A DNA stretch of 63,930 nucleotides, filler included, from Octopus bimaculoides (taxonomy: Eukaryota), in assembly GCF_001194135.2 (NCBI RefSeq). It is 4 parts of 4 records of this genome, joined end to end, with 100 filler letters (N's around TTAATTAATTAA, not from the genome) between each part and the next. Parts side by side here need not be neighbours in the genome. Positions count along the whole stretch, not along the records: positions 24,254 to 45,600 come from NC_068984.1; positions 45,701 to 62,819 come from NC_068991.1; 2 more parts are not named here. One strand, given 5' to 3'. This document shows positions 37,603-50,425 of the stretch, one piece after another (within the stretch, counting starts at the first letter, position 1; the number at the start of each line of letters is the position of its first letter). Under the pieces are notes generated by a model that was not told the origin of the DNA, made no database searches, and worked only from the letters and a program-made list of their open reading frames with translations. A program made the translations under genes and the position numbers.

Positions 37603-37817
37603 CGTGGCCGTTGCCAGTACCGCCGGACTGGCCTTCGTGCTGGTGGCACGTAAAAGCACCCACTACACTCTCGGAGTGGTTGGCATTAGGAAGGGCATCC
37701 AGCTGTAGAAACTCTGCCAGATCAGATTGGAGCCTGGTGTAGCCTTCTGGCTTGCCAGTCCTCAGTCAAATCGTCCAAGCCATGCTAGCATGGAAAGTGG
37801 ACGTTAAACGATGATGA
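37603..37817 (+). mobile_element. RTE-family 3' end
   Basis: Same family as 1-352. Confidence 0.8.
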
Positions 37818-39259
37818 ATGGCAGTAAGACAGACAGCTGAAGCAATAGCTAACTGCACACCAGTTGAGAAGAGCAGTTCATAAATGCTCAACTGCAGAGA
37901 GTTCGTTCAAGTGGAACATGAAATCTGTATAAGAAGGAATAAAGGAAATGAAACAGCAAAAGTCTATAGAAAAAAGAGATGTGTACAAGAGAGAGAGAAG
38001 AATTATTTATTTCTCAAAGAATGTTAAAAATAGAATAGAATTACGTGATTAAAGACTGTTAATTATAATGACTTTTTCCTTTCGTTTATCTCGTTAGTTC
38101 ACCAAAGATCAAAGTTTATCAAAGCTTTTGCAAAGATGGTGGGAGATGGAAAGAAAGGGGCGACGGAAGAATAAGTCGTTCTGTGTGATTTAATTATTTG
38201 CTTTCAGCAAGTCAGTTTAGTTACCAAATGGTCAGCTCACGGTATTTACACTGCAATTTCAAATGATTCATTACCGCTCAGTATGTTTGCCATATTGAAG
38301 GGAACAAATAAATGAAAACGAAAAAAAAAAAAAAAAGAAACTAAATTTAATATTTCCTTCTCTCTTTTGTTTTCTGATTATGGTGGTGGTGGAGTTTTAT
38401 AACCCGCACTCCATCAGTAACAATGATGAGTGTCCCAGTTGATCTGATCAATAGAACGGCCTGCTCATAAAATTAACATGCAAGTGGCTGAGTACTCCAC
38501 AGACATGCATTCCCTTAACATTGTTCTCAGGGAGATTCAGCGTGACACAGAGTGTGACAAGGCTGGCCCTTTGAAAAAAAAAAATGTACGATTCATTTTT
38601 TCCAGCTGAATGAATTGGAGCAATGAGAGATAAAGTGTCTTGCTCAAGGACACAATCGTGCCACCATGAATCGAACTCATGATTTCACAACTGTGAGCCA
38701 ACTACCTTAACCACTAAGCCATACACCATCACAATATACATATTTCTTACGTACCATTTAATATTGTTATTTTCCATTAAGCCATGTGCCTTTCCTCGTC
38801 ACTTAATGACAGAATGGTGCTACAGGTCGCTACTGTTAGCAGACATGGTGTTGGTTTATTTATTTCTAATACCAGACCTCAAGGGATTTCTCTTGGCATC
38901 CTCAGTGTTGATGATGTACTTTTCTTTGCCATTCTTCACATTCTTCAAACTGTGTCAAGTCGAAATGTTCCATTTGTTGCAAAGTTTGTATGAACACAGT
39001 TACTGTACAAGAGATTTAATGTGCAAAGGCCATGTGTACTGTTATTACTATCTCTGCTTCAAAACCATCAACTAAAACATTTTTATGTATTAATTGTTAA
39101 TTGAAATGTTCACTCTGTTCGTCTTTTTGTTTGTTCAATTGTCTTCTTTATCTGGTTTACTTTTTGTAATGTTTTTGTTCTTTCCTCATTAGATATGTTT
39201 TGTCAGGTGACATACTTGTGTTTTGTAAGCATTATGAAAGGGAAAATATCATATAGGTG

Positions 39260-39368
39260 CAGGAGTGGCTGTGTGGTACATAGCTTGCTTACCAACGACA
39301 TGGTTCCAAGTTCAGTCCCAAAGCCTTGTGAGTGGACTTGGTAGACGGAAACTGAAAGAAGCCCGTCG

Positions 39369-39430
<62 letters not shown>

Positions 39431-39580
39431 TGTGTCTGTGTTTGTCCTCCCAACATCGCTTGACAACCAATGGTGGTGTGTTTACATCCCCATAACTTAG
39501 CAGTTCGGCAAAATAGACTGATAGAATAAGCACTAGGCTTACAAAGAATAAGTCCTGGGGTTGATTTGCCCATGAGGTGA
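39260..39580 (+). mobile_element. tRNA-headed SINE with internal (TG)n
   Basis: Head plus microsatellite plus 3' half matching 54218-54665. Confidence 0.8.
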
Positions 39581-40976
39581 CTTTCCATCCACATTTGTAC
39601 CCCAGAGGAGAACTTCTTCGGTGTACTCATGGTCATTTGTGAAACGACAGAATCGAGTACTCTTGGCAGAATAATGTAAACACAAGAGGGTTAAATACAG
39701 TTTAGCTTCAGAATAAAATAAATATTTGTCCTTCTTCATAGTCCCTTAAGCCACAGTGGCTTCATGCCTTGCTTGGGACAAAATCATATATTAAAAGAAA
39801 AAAAAAATGGAATATGTGTGATTATCTTCAATACACAAATGGCACCATGCGAAGATTTAGAAATATCAGTACATCGCCATCATCCTATCATTACCCCTCA
39901 TCAATAACATTAGTTTTATATCCATTGTATGGATGAATTCTAAGCACATCTCCCGTGTCCATACATAGTGTTTCATTGACTGGGATTTCATATCTGAAAG
40001 CCCTCCATTTTACCAACTGGCTTTTCTTTCTAAAGTCCCTGAAACAGCTACATTTTATTCCTTCTGTAAATTAAGATACAGCCATTTTATTGTCTTTTTC
40101 ACATATTACATCTAAACTTTCTTAATCAGACCACAACCTTAGTTATCAATCTTAGAAAAATTACAGACAAATGGCCATGAATCACTCCCCTTAAAACTGG
40201 AAATCTTGTAGAAGCGGTGGAACATTCTATCAAATTTACTAAAGTGATTGGCAAAGGCCATCTAATGTGTCAAATAAACCCCAAAGTTGTTTTATTTTCT
40301 TGAGCTTCAGTCTAATTAAAGTGCAGAGAGATCAGAGTCAGCGATCAAGATAGTAGGCAATACTGAATAAATGCTTTTAGCTGCAAAGAAAAGAATCCAA
40401 TATATTTATTTATTTCAACGCATCAGAGAAGCATTTGTTTAATTGCATTACTTTATCACCTCCGTTCAATAGTCTAAGTCAAAGAAATGCTTTTGAGTCA
40501 AATAAATGAAATTTGCCGTCTTTAGTCCAAGTTATCACCAATACATGTTATTTACCAAGAACATGCTGTACCAAAATATTGGGCAACCAAAGGACAAAAC
40601 CTTCAGGTACATCAACTCGACTTCTGTAATTTTGACTCATACAGGTTTATCAAATACCATACAACATAGATTCATGATTTATTAAAATTCTCTCTGCCTC
40701 AAAACCAGTAGTTCTCAACCATTTTTTTTCTTTTTCAATGGACCCCTTTGGTTCCTATTTTACTTGGGTGGACCCCATAGTCATTTGGTGTTTAACCCTT
40801 TAGCATTTAAACCAGCCATATCCAAACCATTCACATCTGGCCCCTCCTACCTACCCTACAATGTCATTCTAAAAACAAACAATCCCATCATCATAATCCT
40901 GAGGCTACAAATTAATGCACGATTAAATTAAAGCAATGTCAATCAATAAGCATCAAACTCAACAGAGTAATTTGAA

Positions 40977-41021
<45 letters not shown>

Positions 41022-41427
41022 AAACCATGTGGTTGCAACATAAGCCTCTTAACAACACAGCATACCTTCTGTAACTTATCTGTTTATTGTGTGGAGAGAA
41101 AAGTCACATGCAGCTTAACACTTGCCCATTTGTGCTATCCAATCCAGAGCTTTCCATGGAAGTCCAGTTGTTATTCAGAACTCTTTACTTTTGATAAAAA
41201 AAAATAGTATAAGACGCCTTTCAAAGTTACTGAAGCTATAAATCAACATTACTAATTTATTCAAACTGCCATTCAAAGAAAGACATATGGAGGTGCACCA
41301 AACATATTACTCATCCAAAAATCGGATAATTTCCATAGAGATACTGAATCATATACTTAGGACTTTCAATGGGAAACGCTAGAGTTTTCTAAAGAGTAAC
41401 ACCATTTAATATTATTAGTATTATTTT

Positions 41428-41600
41428 AGGTGGTGAGCTGGCAGAATCGTTAGCACACCGGGCAAAATGCTTAGCAGTATTTCATCTGCCACTACGTTCT
41501 GAGTTCAAATTCCACCCAGGTCAACTTTGCCTTTCATCCTTTTGGGGTTGATAAATTAAGTACTAGTTATTCACTGGGGCTGATGTAATCAACTTAATCC
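41428..41600 (+). mobile_element. SINE of the second family (gtgagctggcagaatcgttag...gcctttcatcc...agtacca)
   Basis: Matches copies at 44325, 44555, 48670, 49980 and 50185. Confidence 0.75.
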
Positions 41601-41774
41601 CTTAGTAGTTCAACAAAAGAAACTGATGAAATAAGCACTGGGCTTTAAAAAAGAGTAAGGATTGCGAGGCTGATTTGTTCTACTGAAACCCTTCAAATAG
41701 TGCCCCAGTATGGCCATAGTCAAATGATTGAAAGAAGTAAAAAAGACACACACACACACACACGCACACAGTGT

Positions 41775-42002
41775 TTCTTATTTCTTTATTGCCCACAAGA
41801 GGCTAAACACAGAGGGGACAAACAAGAACAGACAAAGGGATTAAGTCGATTACATCGCCCCCAGTGCGTAACTGGTACTTAATTTACCGACCCCGTAAGG
41901 ATGAAAGGCAAAGTCGACCTTGGCGAAATTTGAACTCAGAACGTAACAGCAGACGAAATACCGCTAAGAATTTCGCCCGGCGTGCTAATGTTTCTGGCAG
42001 CT
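41775..42002 (-). mobile_element. SINE of the second family
   Basis: Reverse complement of the family consensus; same tail as 50185-50425. Confidence 0.8.
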
Positions 42003-43659
42003 TTCCGCCGGTGTTTCTAGTTACCAAATTCCACTCACAAAGCATTGGTCAACCCAAGGCTATGGTAGAAGACACTTACCTAAGCGATGCATAGTGGTAC
42101 ACAGTGAGCTTGAACCGTTGACTGCACGATTGCAAATCAGCCTTCTTGACCACTTAGCCATGCCAATCCTGCCAATGTAACTTGCTATCATTTGCAAATA
42201 CTGAATAACAATGAGTTGTAACCAAATTCACAAGTCTCTTTCTTTCGCTATGGTGGCCATCAGTTCACCATAGGAGTTAGCAGCTTTAGATATGTATCTG
42301 AACATTGGTTCAGAAATATTGAAATTACTGAAAGCATTGAAAAAAAAAAAAAAAACAGTAAGAGCCTGGTCTACTATCTACACTCGTCAACTCTATTCAG
42401 AATATATATATTTGCTGTATGGTTGACTTTGCATCATTCACTAGCTCTATCAATGCTTGTATTTTCCAGACAGCTTGGTGTAATATTTTTTTTTTTTCAT
42501 ATTTTTGCCTTTTTACATATATATATNNNNNNNNNNNNNNNNNNNNNNNNNNNNNNNNNNNNNNNNNNNNNNNNNNNNNNNNNNNNNNNNNNNNNNNNNN
42601 NNNNNNNNNNNNNNNNNNNNNNNNNNNNNNNNNNNNNNNNNNNNNTAGAGTTAGTTATTTACTTGCCAACATGAAGTCTCAAACATTCTGTCAGGTGAAA
42701 AAAAAAAAAGAAAAACTCGGATGATAAATTATTATTTGCATTAGTTTTTATGATCTTTCTGAACTCACTCTAGACTTGTTATATACACACACACACACAT
42801 ATATACATACATACATACATACATACATACATACATACATAAATACGAGTGTGTAACACAATATATTGTCCCCCGTCCCCTTTTCATATATAGATTATGT
42901 ATAGTTATTTCTTCCCACTAGGCTTAAATGGAATGCTTTACCGAAAGAATAGTGGACTGAAGTCAAAATTCTAGATATGCTGACAGCGGCAGTTTAGCTA
43001 TGTTGCCTTTCATTTATTTTTACTTTCATTTTCATTTTTAATCTTATATTTGTTTTACTTTTTTATTATTATTACATGCATTAGTAGACAATAGACTTGT
43101 TGGCCATCTGAGCTCAAAGAAGGATCTGATGGAGCAATCGATGCTTCAAAGCACTGTCATGGGTAAGAATGACGTTTGTGTGCACTCAACTTTCCAAATT
43201 TTATCTCCCATCCAATGAGATCGTTCCAATTGTAGCTTCTAGAAGTCTGTTACTACTCAAACAAACACTGATGACTTGCACGTTTAGTTTTAATATCTTT
43301 CGGCAGATTCCAACATGAATATGCATAAAGGAGAACAAGTTCTCTTTCATGATGAACATGTTCGTAACACACTTGATTCATTAGCACAAGGAACTCCAGA
43401 ACAATCAGTATTTCAACATTGTTATGTCTCATCAGTCAAACGTACTCTTGAACCAATGAAATGATGCTCTTGTTTATAACTTTGGCAAGCAATATTTGTC
43501 AACTGATAAATAATGACTGCTCCTGTCTAATGTATTGGCCTTAAGCCAAGTGAGACCATAACCCATGGCCTATGCCAGTGGTGTAGAACCAACCCACTTA
43601 TGAGTACCCTTCATTCATTGGACAAAAAACTTTGCTTGCGAAGACCTGTTGAGACAAGT

Positions 43660-44150
43660 GAAATCAAAATTGCTGACGTGGCTGATGATAGTACCACCTG
43701 ACTGGCACTCGTGCCAGTGGAACATTAGAAGCACCATCCAAGTGTGATCGGTGCCAGGGCTGCTGTGCCAATGGCACGTAAAACGCACCATTCGAGTGTG
43801 ATCGTTGCCAGTTTTGCCTCACAGGCACATGTGTCAGTGGCACATGATAAACAACATTTGAGCGTGGTTGTTGCCAGTGCCACTGGACTGGTTCTCGTGC
43901 AAAAAACACCATTTGAGTGTGGCCGTTGTCAGTACTGCCTGACTGGTCCTCGTGCTGGTGACACGTAAAAGCAGCCACTACACTCTTGGAGTGGTTGGCG
44001 TTAGGAAGGGCATCCAGCTGTAGAAACTTTGCCAGATCAGACTGGAGCCTAGTGCAGCCTTTTGGCTCGCCAGTCCTCAGTCAAACGGTCCATCCCATGC
44101 CAGCATGGAAAGTGGACATTAATCGACGACGATGATGTTGATGATGAGAG
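43660..44150 (+). mobile_element. RTE-family 3' region with internal subrepeats
   Basis: Repeated ccattcgagtgtgatcg.tgccag units followed by the family 3' end and a GAT-like tail. Confidence 0.8.
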
Positions 44151-44324
44151 TGTATGCAGGTGCAAAAGCACAAATTCTTATCCAATGATATCATGTATTA
44201 TACAACAACAGTGCTACATTGCTCTGACTTGCTATTGTTTCTATATTGGCATGTATGCATTATGTGTAGTAATGTTGTCACAGTAACTTGCTTTTCGTGA
44301 TACAGACAATGGATGAGGGTGACA

Positions 44325-44770
44325 AGCTGGCAGAATCATGAGCCTGCCAGATGAAAATGCTTAGTGGTATTTTGTCTGCTGTGAAGTTCTGAGTTCAAAT
44401 TCCACCGAGGTCGACTTTGCCTTTCATCTTTTCGGGGGTCGACAAATTAAGTACCAGTTGCATACTGGAGTCGATCTAATCGACTGGTCCCTTACCCACT
44501 AAAATTTTCAGGCCTTGTATCTAGAGTAGAAAAGAATATTATACAGAATGTAAGGCAGTGAGCTGGCAGAGACATTAGCATGCCAGGCGAAATGCTTAGC
44601 GGTATTTCGTCTGTCTTTACGATCTGAGTTCAAATTCCGCCGAGGTCGACTTTGCCTTTCATCCTTTGGGGGTCAATAAATTAAGTACCAGTTGTGTACT
44701 GGGGTCGATCTAATTGATTGGCCCCCTCCCCCAAAATTTCGGACCTTGTGCCTAGAGTAGAAAAAAAGAT
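44325..44770 (+). mobile_element. Two tandem SINEs of the second family
   Basis: Two head-to-tail copies (about 44325-44535 and 44555-44770). Confidence 0.8.
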
Positions 44771-45080
44771 ATAGACAATGGATGACAACATTCTTTAACA
44801 TTTGTGAATGTGTGTGTGTGTGTGTGTGTGTGGTAATATTAGTCATGGCAGTGGTGTGATAGTGGAACAAGCACTGAATCAAAATTATTTGGCACAGGGA
44901 CCAAGAGGTGATACATTACATGTAAAGAGAGTGAAGGAGGGAAGAAATGAGATTTCACTTAGGAGACAACATGGCATTAGCAATGTGTTTATAAGTAAAG
45001 AATAGTTTTGTCATGACAGAAGAAACAACGAGAAGATACAACTGAGAAAAGTCATGCTGAGCGCAGAAACGGAATATTAC

Positions 45081-45152
45081 CTGTAGAGCAGTAATTCCTT
45101 TCCTTGTACCAGCTAACTTGAAGTCCATGTCACCCATGTAGTCTTCAATACC
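45081..45152 (-). CDS. PNPT1: Exon of mitochondrial polyribonucleotide nucleotidyltransferase (second RNase PH domain)
   Basis: 72-nt exon [24 protein letters not shown] containing the PNPase GDMDFKxAGT..GITALQ catalytic signature; acceptor TTTTGCAG (45153-45154), donor CAG|GTAATA (45080); phase 0/0. Confidence 0.95.
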
Positions 45153-45244
45153 CTGCAAAACAGAAATGCAAAGCATCAAGTGTGAGAACCTGTAAATAAA
45201 ATTAAAAAAATAAATGCGCCCTTTTAAAGCCTAACCAGGCTCAT

Positions 45245-45600
45245 GGGGGCCAGCCAGTGGGCGCTGGCATCGGCCATGTTCGGATAGTGCTTTTTAGATG
45301 CCACTGGCATGGGGGCCAGTCAGTGGGCGCTGGCATCGGCCNNNNNNNNNNGGCATCGGCCATGTTCGGATAGTGCTTTTTAGATGCCACTGGCATGGGG
45401 GCCAGTCAGTGGGCGCTGGCATCGGCCATGTTTGGATGGTGCTTTTTAGATGCCACTGGCATGGGGGCCAGTCAGTGGGCGCTGGCATCGATCATGTTCG
45501 GATGGTGCTTTTTAGATGCCACTGGCATGGGGGCCAGCCAGTGGGCGCTGGCATCGGCCATGTTCGGATGGTGCTTTTTAGATGCCACTGGCATGTGGGC
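45245..45600. repeat. 66-bp tandem repeat (5 or more copies), RTE-subrepeat-derived
   Basis: Unit ggcatcggccatgttcggatagtgctttttagatgccactggcatgggggccagtcagtgggcgct; truncated by gaps. Confidence 0.85.
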
Positions 45601-45700
45601 NNNNNNNNNNNNNNNNNNNNNNNNNNNNNNNNNNNNNNNNNNNNTTAATTAATTAANNNNNNNNNNNNNNNNNNNNNNNNNNNNNNNNNNNNNNNNNNNN
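45601..45700. other. Artificial assembly spacer
   Basis: 44 N + TTAATTAATTAA + 44 N. Confidence 0.9.
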
Positions 45701-45817
45701 TCATGTGATCTTCTTCTAGCACATTAGCAGTCCACTTAGTGGTCTCTTTTATATATACATATATATATCAGTCTAATTCAGCTCCACATTACTTAAATGT
45801 TGTTAGGGCACATTCAC

Positions 45818-45918
45818 CTCATCATATGTTCGAAGACAGAACATCTGTCCTCGAACATCTGACGTAGTCGACGTGACCTACACCCACAAAGCTTTAAGTA
45901 ATGTGTGATTGAATCAAA
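45818..45918 (-). CDS. Candidate exon of an unidentified gene (FDSITHYLKLCGCRSRRLRQMFEDRCSVFEHMM)
   Basis: Long pyrimidine tract and CAG acceptor at 45919-45920, donor GAG|GTGAAT at 45817, only one of three frames open, CpG-rich. No family recognised. Confidence 0.3.
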
Positions 45919-46859
45919 CTGTTAATACGGAGAAATAAAAAATACTGGAATAAAGAAAGTTTCTGGTAATACAGTTTGTGTTTGTGGAAAATTGTGTCTT
46001 GCTATTGGGTTCGTTGTTATTGTTGTCTTAGTCTCCGGTCTTATTTTTTGTAATATAGATACGACATACATCATTCTTTTAAATACATTTGTATTTTTAT
46101 TTATAATATTGTTCAGATTTTGCGTGTTGTCTGTGGAAGTGTTTTTGTTCGTCGAGGCGTGCGTGTGGTCGACATTTTGTATTGAAAACCAAATAGTGAA
46201 GAAAATATTTTCAAAATGTCATATTTTTTTTCTATAAATATGACACAAAAGAAAGGATAAATGAAAAACCATCACTACTTTGAATAATAACAGTAATTCA
46301 GTTTTTGCGAAACTCAATAAAATTTAAACCATATACCAACCACAAATAAGCTTGTGCTAACAAGGCATGAAACAATGACAGTAGTATTAGTGTTAGTAAT
46401 AGTAGTAGTAGTAGTAGCAAAAGAAGAAGAAGAAGAAGAAGGAGAAGAAGAAGAAGAAGAAGAAGAAGAAGAAGAAGAAGAAGAAGAAGAAGAAAAAGAA
46501 GAAGAAGAAATGGATCCAGTGGAAGTTAGTAGGGGAATAAATGTTATGAAAACAGTATAGATACCAGTAATTAAAAAAAAGAATAGTTGTTGATTATGTA
46601 AGAATTGATCAAAATAATCTAAGCGCAGTGCATAGATCTATTCTTGCATAACCGATCATTTTAAGCACCATCCAACACGATGATCAATCAGTTTGGTATG
46701 GGAAAATCACACTTAAAGTTCAAAACATTTAATTTTTGCTGTAAAGTTATATGCGAGAAATTCACATGACATGGGGAATATTAACGAACTTAAAGAAAGA
46801 CCACTACGTGCGGATTCTGTGTTAGTTGATTCGCGGAAAATTCGTAAATATATCATATA

Positions 46860-47030
46860 CACTAGCGTGACTAAAGTTTGTGCTGCCCAGGGTGGCCCTT
46901 TAGTCTTCAGCCCCTGGAAACCCCACAGAAAGTATGTCTTGCCTACAGCAGACCCAAAAGTGATGCCGCCCCCATAAAAGTGCCGCCTGGGGCCAATAAC
47001 CCTCTCCGTCCTCTTCTAGCTATGCTAGTG
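46860..47030. mobile_element. hAT-type MITE
   Basis: TIRs CACTAGCGT and reverse complement CACTAGCAT; 8-bp flanks atcatata and atcatatg (7/8 match). Confidence 0.7.
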
Positions 47031-47197
47031 ATCATATGATCCCAATTTTATTATTCAACTTCAACACTGTGAATTAAAACGAACAATATATTTTAAATGC
47101 TCTTTTCTCTTTCCATTTTTCATTCTTCGATAAGAATTTCTGAACATAAAACGAGAAAAATCCCCCAAAACTTTGAAGGGATTCTCTCCCTTTAAGC

Positions 47198-47459
47198 CAG
47201 GGGTTCTCAACCATTCTTTATCTATGGGCTCCTTTGATTATTATTGTTCAACTTGTGTGTGTTGAACTATGTAAAATGTTAGAGAAAGAAACCTAGATGT
47301 TTCTTGCAATACATACTCATATATACATCCATAGCAAAATTTTTTCAAGAGCTCTTACAATACTATTGGGGATCCCAAATTTACCATTTTGTTGCATGGA
47401 CCACACAAAATCTTATATGGACCCTCAGCGGTCATATGGACCCCGGTTGAGAACCACTG
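47198..47459. mobile_element. hAT (Charlie-like) MITE
   Basis: TIRs CAGGGGTTCTCAACC and GGTTGAGAACCACTG; flanks ctttaagc and ctttaatt (6/8 match); a related left end lies near 40706. Confidence 0.75.
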
Positions 47460-48007
47460 CTTTAATTCCCATTCCTCTCTCACTACTATATTATGTAGCA
47501 GCCTCCAGCGAGCAGGACACGTGGATAGTTTAAATCTTTCTAGTAAATACTTTTTTATGTGCTGAACTGGTTGGCTATCTATAATGCAGTAAAGCCTTTA
47601 AAATATGTACAGAGAGATATCCCTCGGTTTGCATAGCGCTCGGTTTACACGATTTCTCTTTAGCATGGCTCTGGGTTTAGTCAATCGGTTGAGTTTTTAT
47701 TTTTTCTTCGCTTCACGTGTACAGAAACTCTACTTCGTATTTTACCGTTTCTGGTTTTCAATCTACCCTCTATATTCATTTTCATGTCATATTTTTGATA
47801 GTGAAGTAGCCCACACTCTGTAGTTTAGAGTCTAAATTAACGATAACTTCTAATTATTTTTATATTTTGTTAATTCAGGTATTAAGGAAGTGAGTTTCTT
47901 TAGAAGTAATTATTAAAGATCAACTTCAAAATGGAGAGGGAAGGGCTCAACAGAAACTGTTTAATATAAAGAAAACAAATGAAACGGTGTAAAATAAATA
48001 AAATATG

Positions 48008-48376
48008 TTGTTGTCACTCCGTCGTTTACGACTTCGAGGGTTCCAGCTGATCCGATCAACGGAACAGCCTGCTCGTGAAATTAACGTGCAAGTGGCTGAG
48101 CACTCCACAGACACGTGTAACCTTAACGTAGCTCTCGGGGATATTCAGCGTGACACAGTGTAACCCTTTGAATTACAGGTACAACAGAAAAAGGAAGTAA
48201 GAGTGAGAGAAATTTGTGGTGAAAGAGTACAGCAAGGTTCGCCACCATCCACTGCCGGAGCCTCGTGGAGCTTTAGGTGTTTTCGCTCAATAAACACTCA
48301 CAACGCCCGGTCTGGGAATCGAAATCGCGATCCTATGACCGCGAGTTCGCTGCCCTAACCACTGGGCCATTGCGCC
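48008..48376 (-). mobile_element. Full-length tRNA-headed SINE, third family
   Basis: Head GGCGCAATGGCCCAGTGGTTAGGGC...TTCGATTCC with A/B-box-like motifs; body shared with 33380-33690 and 38390-38730. Confidence 0.8.
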
Positions 48377-49979
48377 TCCACAAATAAAATTAGTTAGGAC
48401 AATTAAAGAATGAAGTAAAAGTTGAATCCAATATAATCACTGCTGGAGTTTCAATAATTTTAAAATGAGCACCATTTAAACGTAAAAACATAAAGGAAAG
48501 AATGGACACATTTCTATTATTTTTATAGAAGATAAAATTCAATACTACAACAGAAACCGTTTATTTGTATACATATGGGTGGAGTCATAGGAATTTTTAA
48601 ACTTTGAGAGAACATGAAACGATGCTTATTTTTGAAACGGTTAAACTTGAAGAATATAAAGCTATAAATACTATAGGTACAAGGCCTGAAATTTTGGGGG
48701 AGGAGCTAGTCGATTGTATCGACCCCAGTACGTAGTTGGTACTTATTTCATTGACCCAGAAATTCGGCGGCATTTGAACTCAAAACGTAAAGAAGGATGG
48801 AATACTGCTAAGCATTTTGCCCGCGGTGCTAACGATTCTGCCAGCTCTCTGCCTTAATAAATCTATAAAAAATAGCGAGTAAATATTGAGTTTAGAAAAC
48901 CTTCGGATAGAAAAAGTCGAAGGCTGTCCTGTTTATTTACCGGTGGTGGGGGTTCCTGTCCCACTGGCAGCCACAATTTTTTTTTCTATCCAAGGTTTTT
49001 TTTTAACATATACACACATAAACTGTAGCTTCATTTGCTTCGAGTTAAATCGTTCCAAAAAGAATACATGTATGTATGTAGTTTATTTTTTTAGATTTAA
49101 CGTATTAGCAAAGAATCTATGAAAATCTGCTTTGGCTAATTTATAGAGGAGTTATTTGTGCTCCAGTTATATTTAACTCGTATAGTGTCCTCTCTGGAAT
49201 ACTGGTCTCCATGATCTTTGATTCGAGGATTATCAGGTGTGTGTATGTATGTGTTTGTGTGTGTGTGTGTGTATGTGTGTGTGTGTGTGTGTATTTACTA
49301 GTTCTACGTTGAGTCCGGAAAATATTGTGATGGATTTCTCGACAGCTAGATTTTAGGGATTGGATTAATGAATTAAGTTAAGTCGAAATCTATGAGCGCA
49401 ATAATGTATAATAAATGTTGGATTCCACTAAAAAATAAAATTAAAGAAGAATCTGTTTGGTTTAGCAAAGATATAACAATAATGCAAATTAAAAAAAAGG
49501 AGCCGGTCGGTCGATCAAAAGAGGTGAACAGTAAAGCCATCGTTTACGACCTGCTTATCATAAGAATGTCCCTTGAACATTTCTGCAGAAAGGACGCGGT
49601 GTTCGTGCAGGGGTGCTTGCTCCAGAAAACAAATGGTCTCTATATATTATAAATCTGATATAAAGTTTAAAACTTTTCTTAGCTTAAATTAATCTCTGGT
49701 TTTTCTCTGTGCCTACGCACTCATAGCTCATCTCCACAAAAATCAGCACTGAATTTGGAATGTGTTCAGAAGTCGTGTAAATCTTTTATGTCCTCTGTCA
49801 GTTCTTCGTGTGTTGTGCGAAGAACTGTGAATTCCAGTGTGGCGTAGGGACGGAAATAACATATTCCTTACTTTGTTTTTGCTTGCTTTCTCTCGAAATA
49901 TATATATAAAAAAAAAAGCTTTTGCATTTTCTACTGTTTTGAGCTCTGTCATCCCAGCACGCTTTCTATGTCTTAACTA

Positions 49980-50425
49980 TTACAACAGGATTCTTTTCTA
50001 CCCTAGGCAAAAGACCCGAAACTTTTAGGGAGGAGGGAGGCAGTCGATTAGATCGACCCCAGTACGCAACTGGTACTTAATTTATCGACCCCGAAAAGAT
50101 GAAAGGCAAAGTCGACCTCGGCGGAATTTGAACTCAGAACGTAAAGGCAAACGATTTACCGATAAGCATTTCACCCGGCGGCTAACGTTTCTTATTTCTT
50201 TATTGCCCACAAGGGGCTAAACATAGAAGGGACAAACAAGGACAGACAAACAGATTAAGTCGATTACATCGACCCCAGTGCGTAACTGGTACTTTATTTA
50301 TCGACATCGAAAGGATGAAAGGCAAAGTCGACCTCGGCGGAATTCGAACTCAGTACGTAACGGCAGACGAAATACCGCTAAGCATTTCGCCCGGCGCGCT
50401 AACGTTTCTGCCAGCTCGCTGCCTT
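49980..50425 (-). mobile_element. Two tandem SINEs of the second family
   Basis: Two reverse-oriented copies (about 49980-50180 and 50185-50425). Confidence 0.8.

Noticed and set aside
45245-45600. 66-bp repeats as a CRISPR array or a repeat protein
   Set aside because: Head-to-tail tandem copies of an RTE subrepeat with no spacers; the 22-aa periodic ORFs are incidental.
48290-48376. tRNA gene
   Set aside because: A/B-box-like head continues into a SINE body found elsewhere in the window, and no closed cloverleaf or acceptor stem is seen. The same applies to the other SINE heads.
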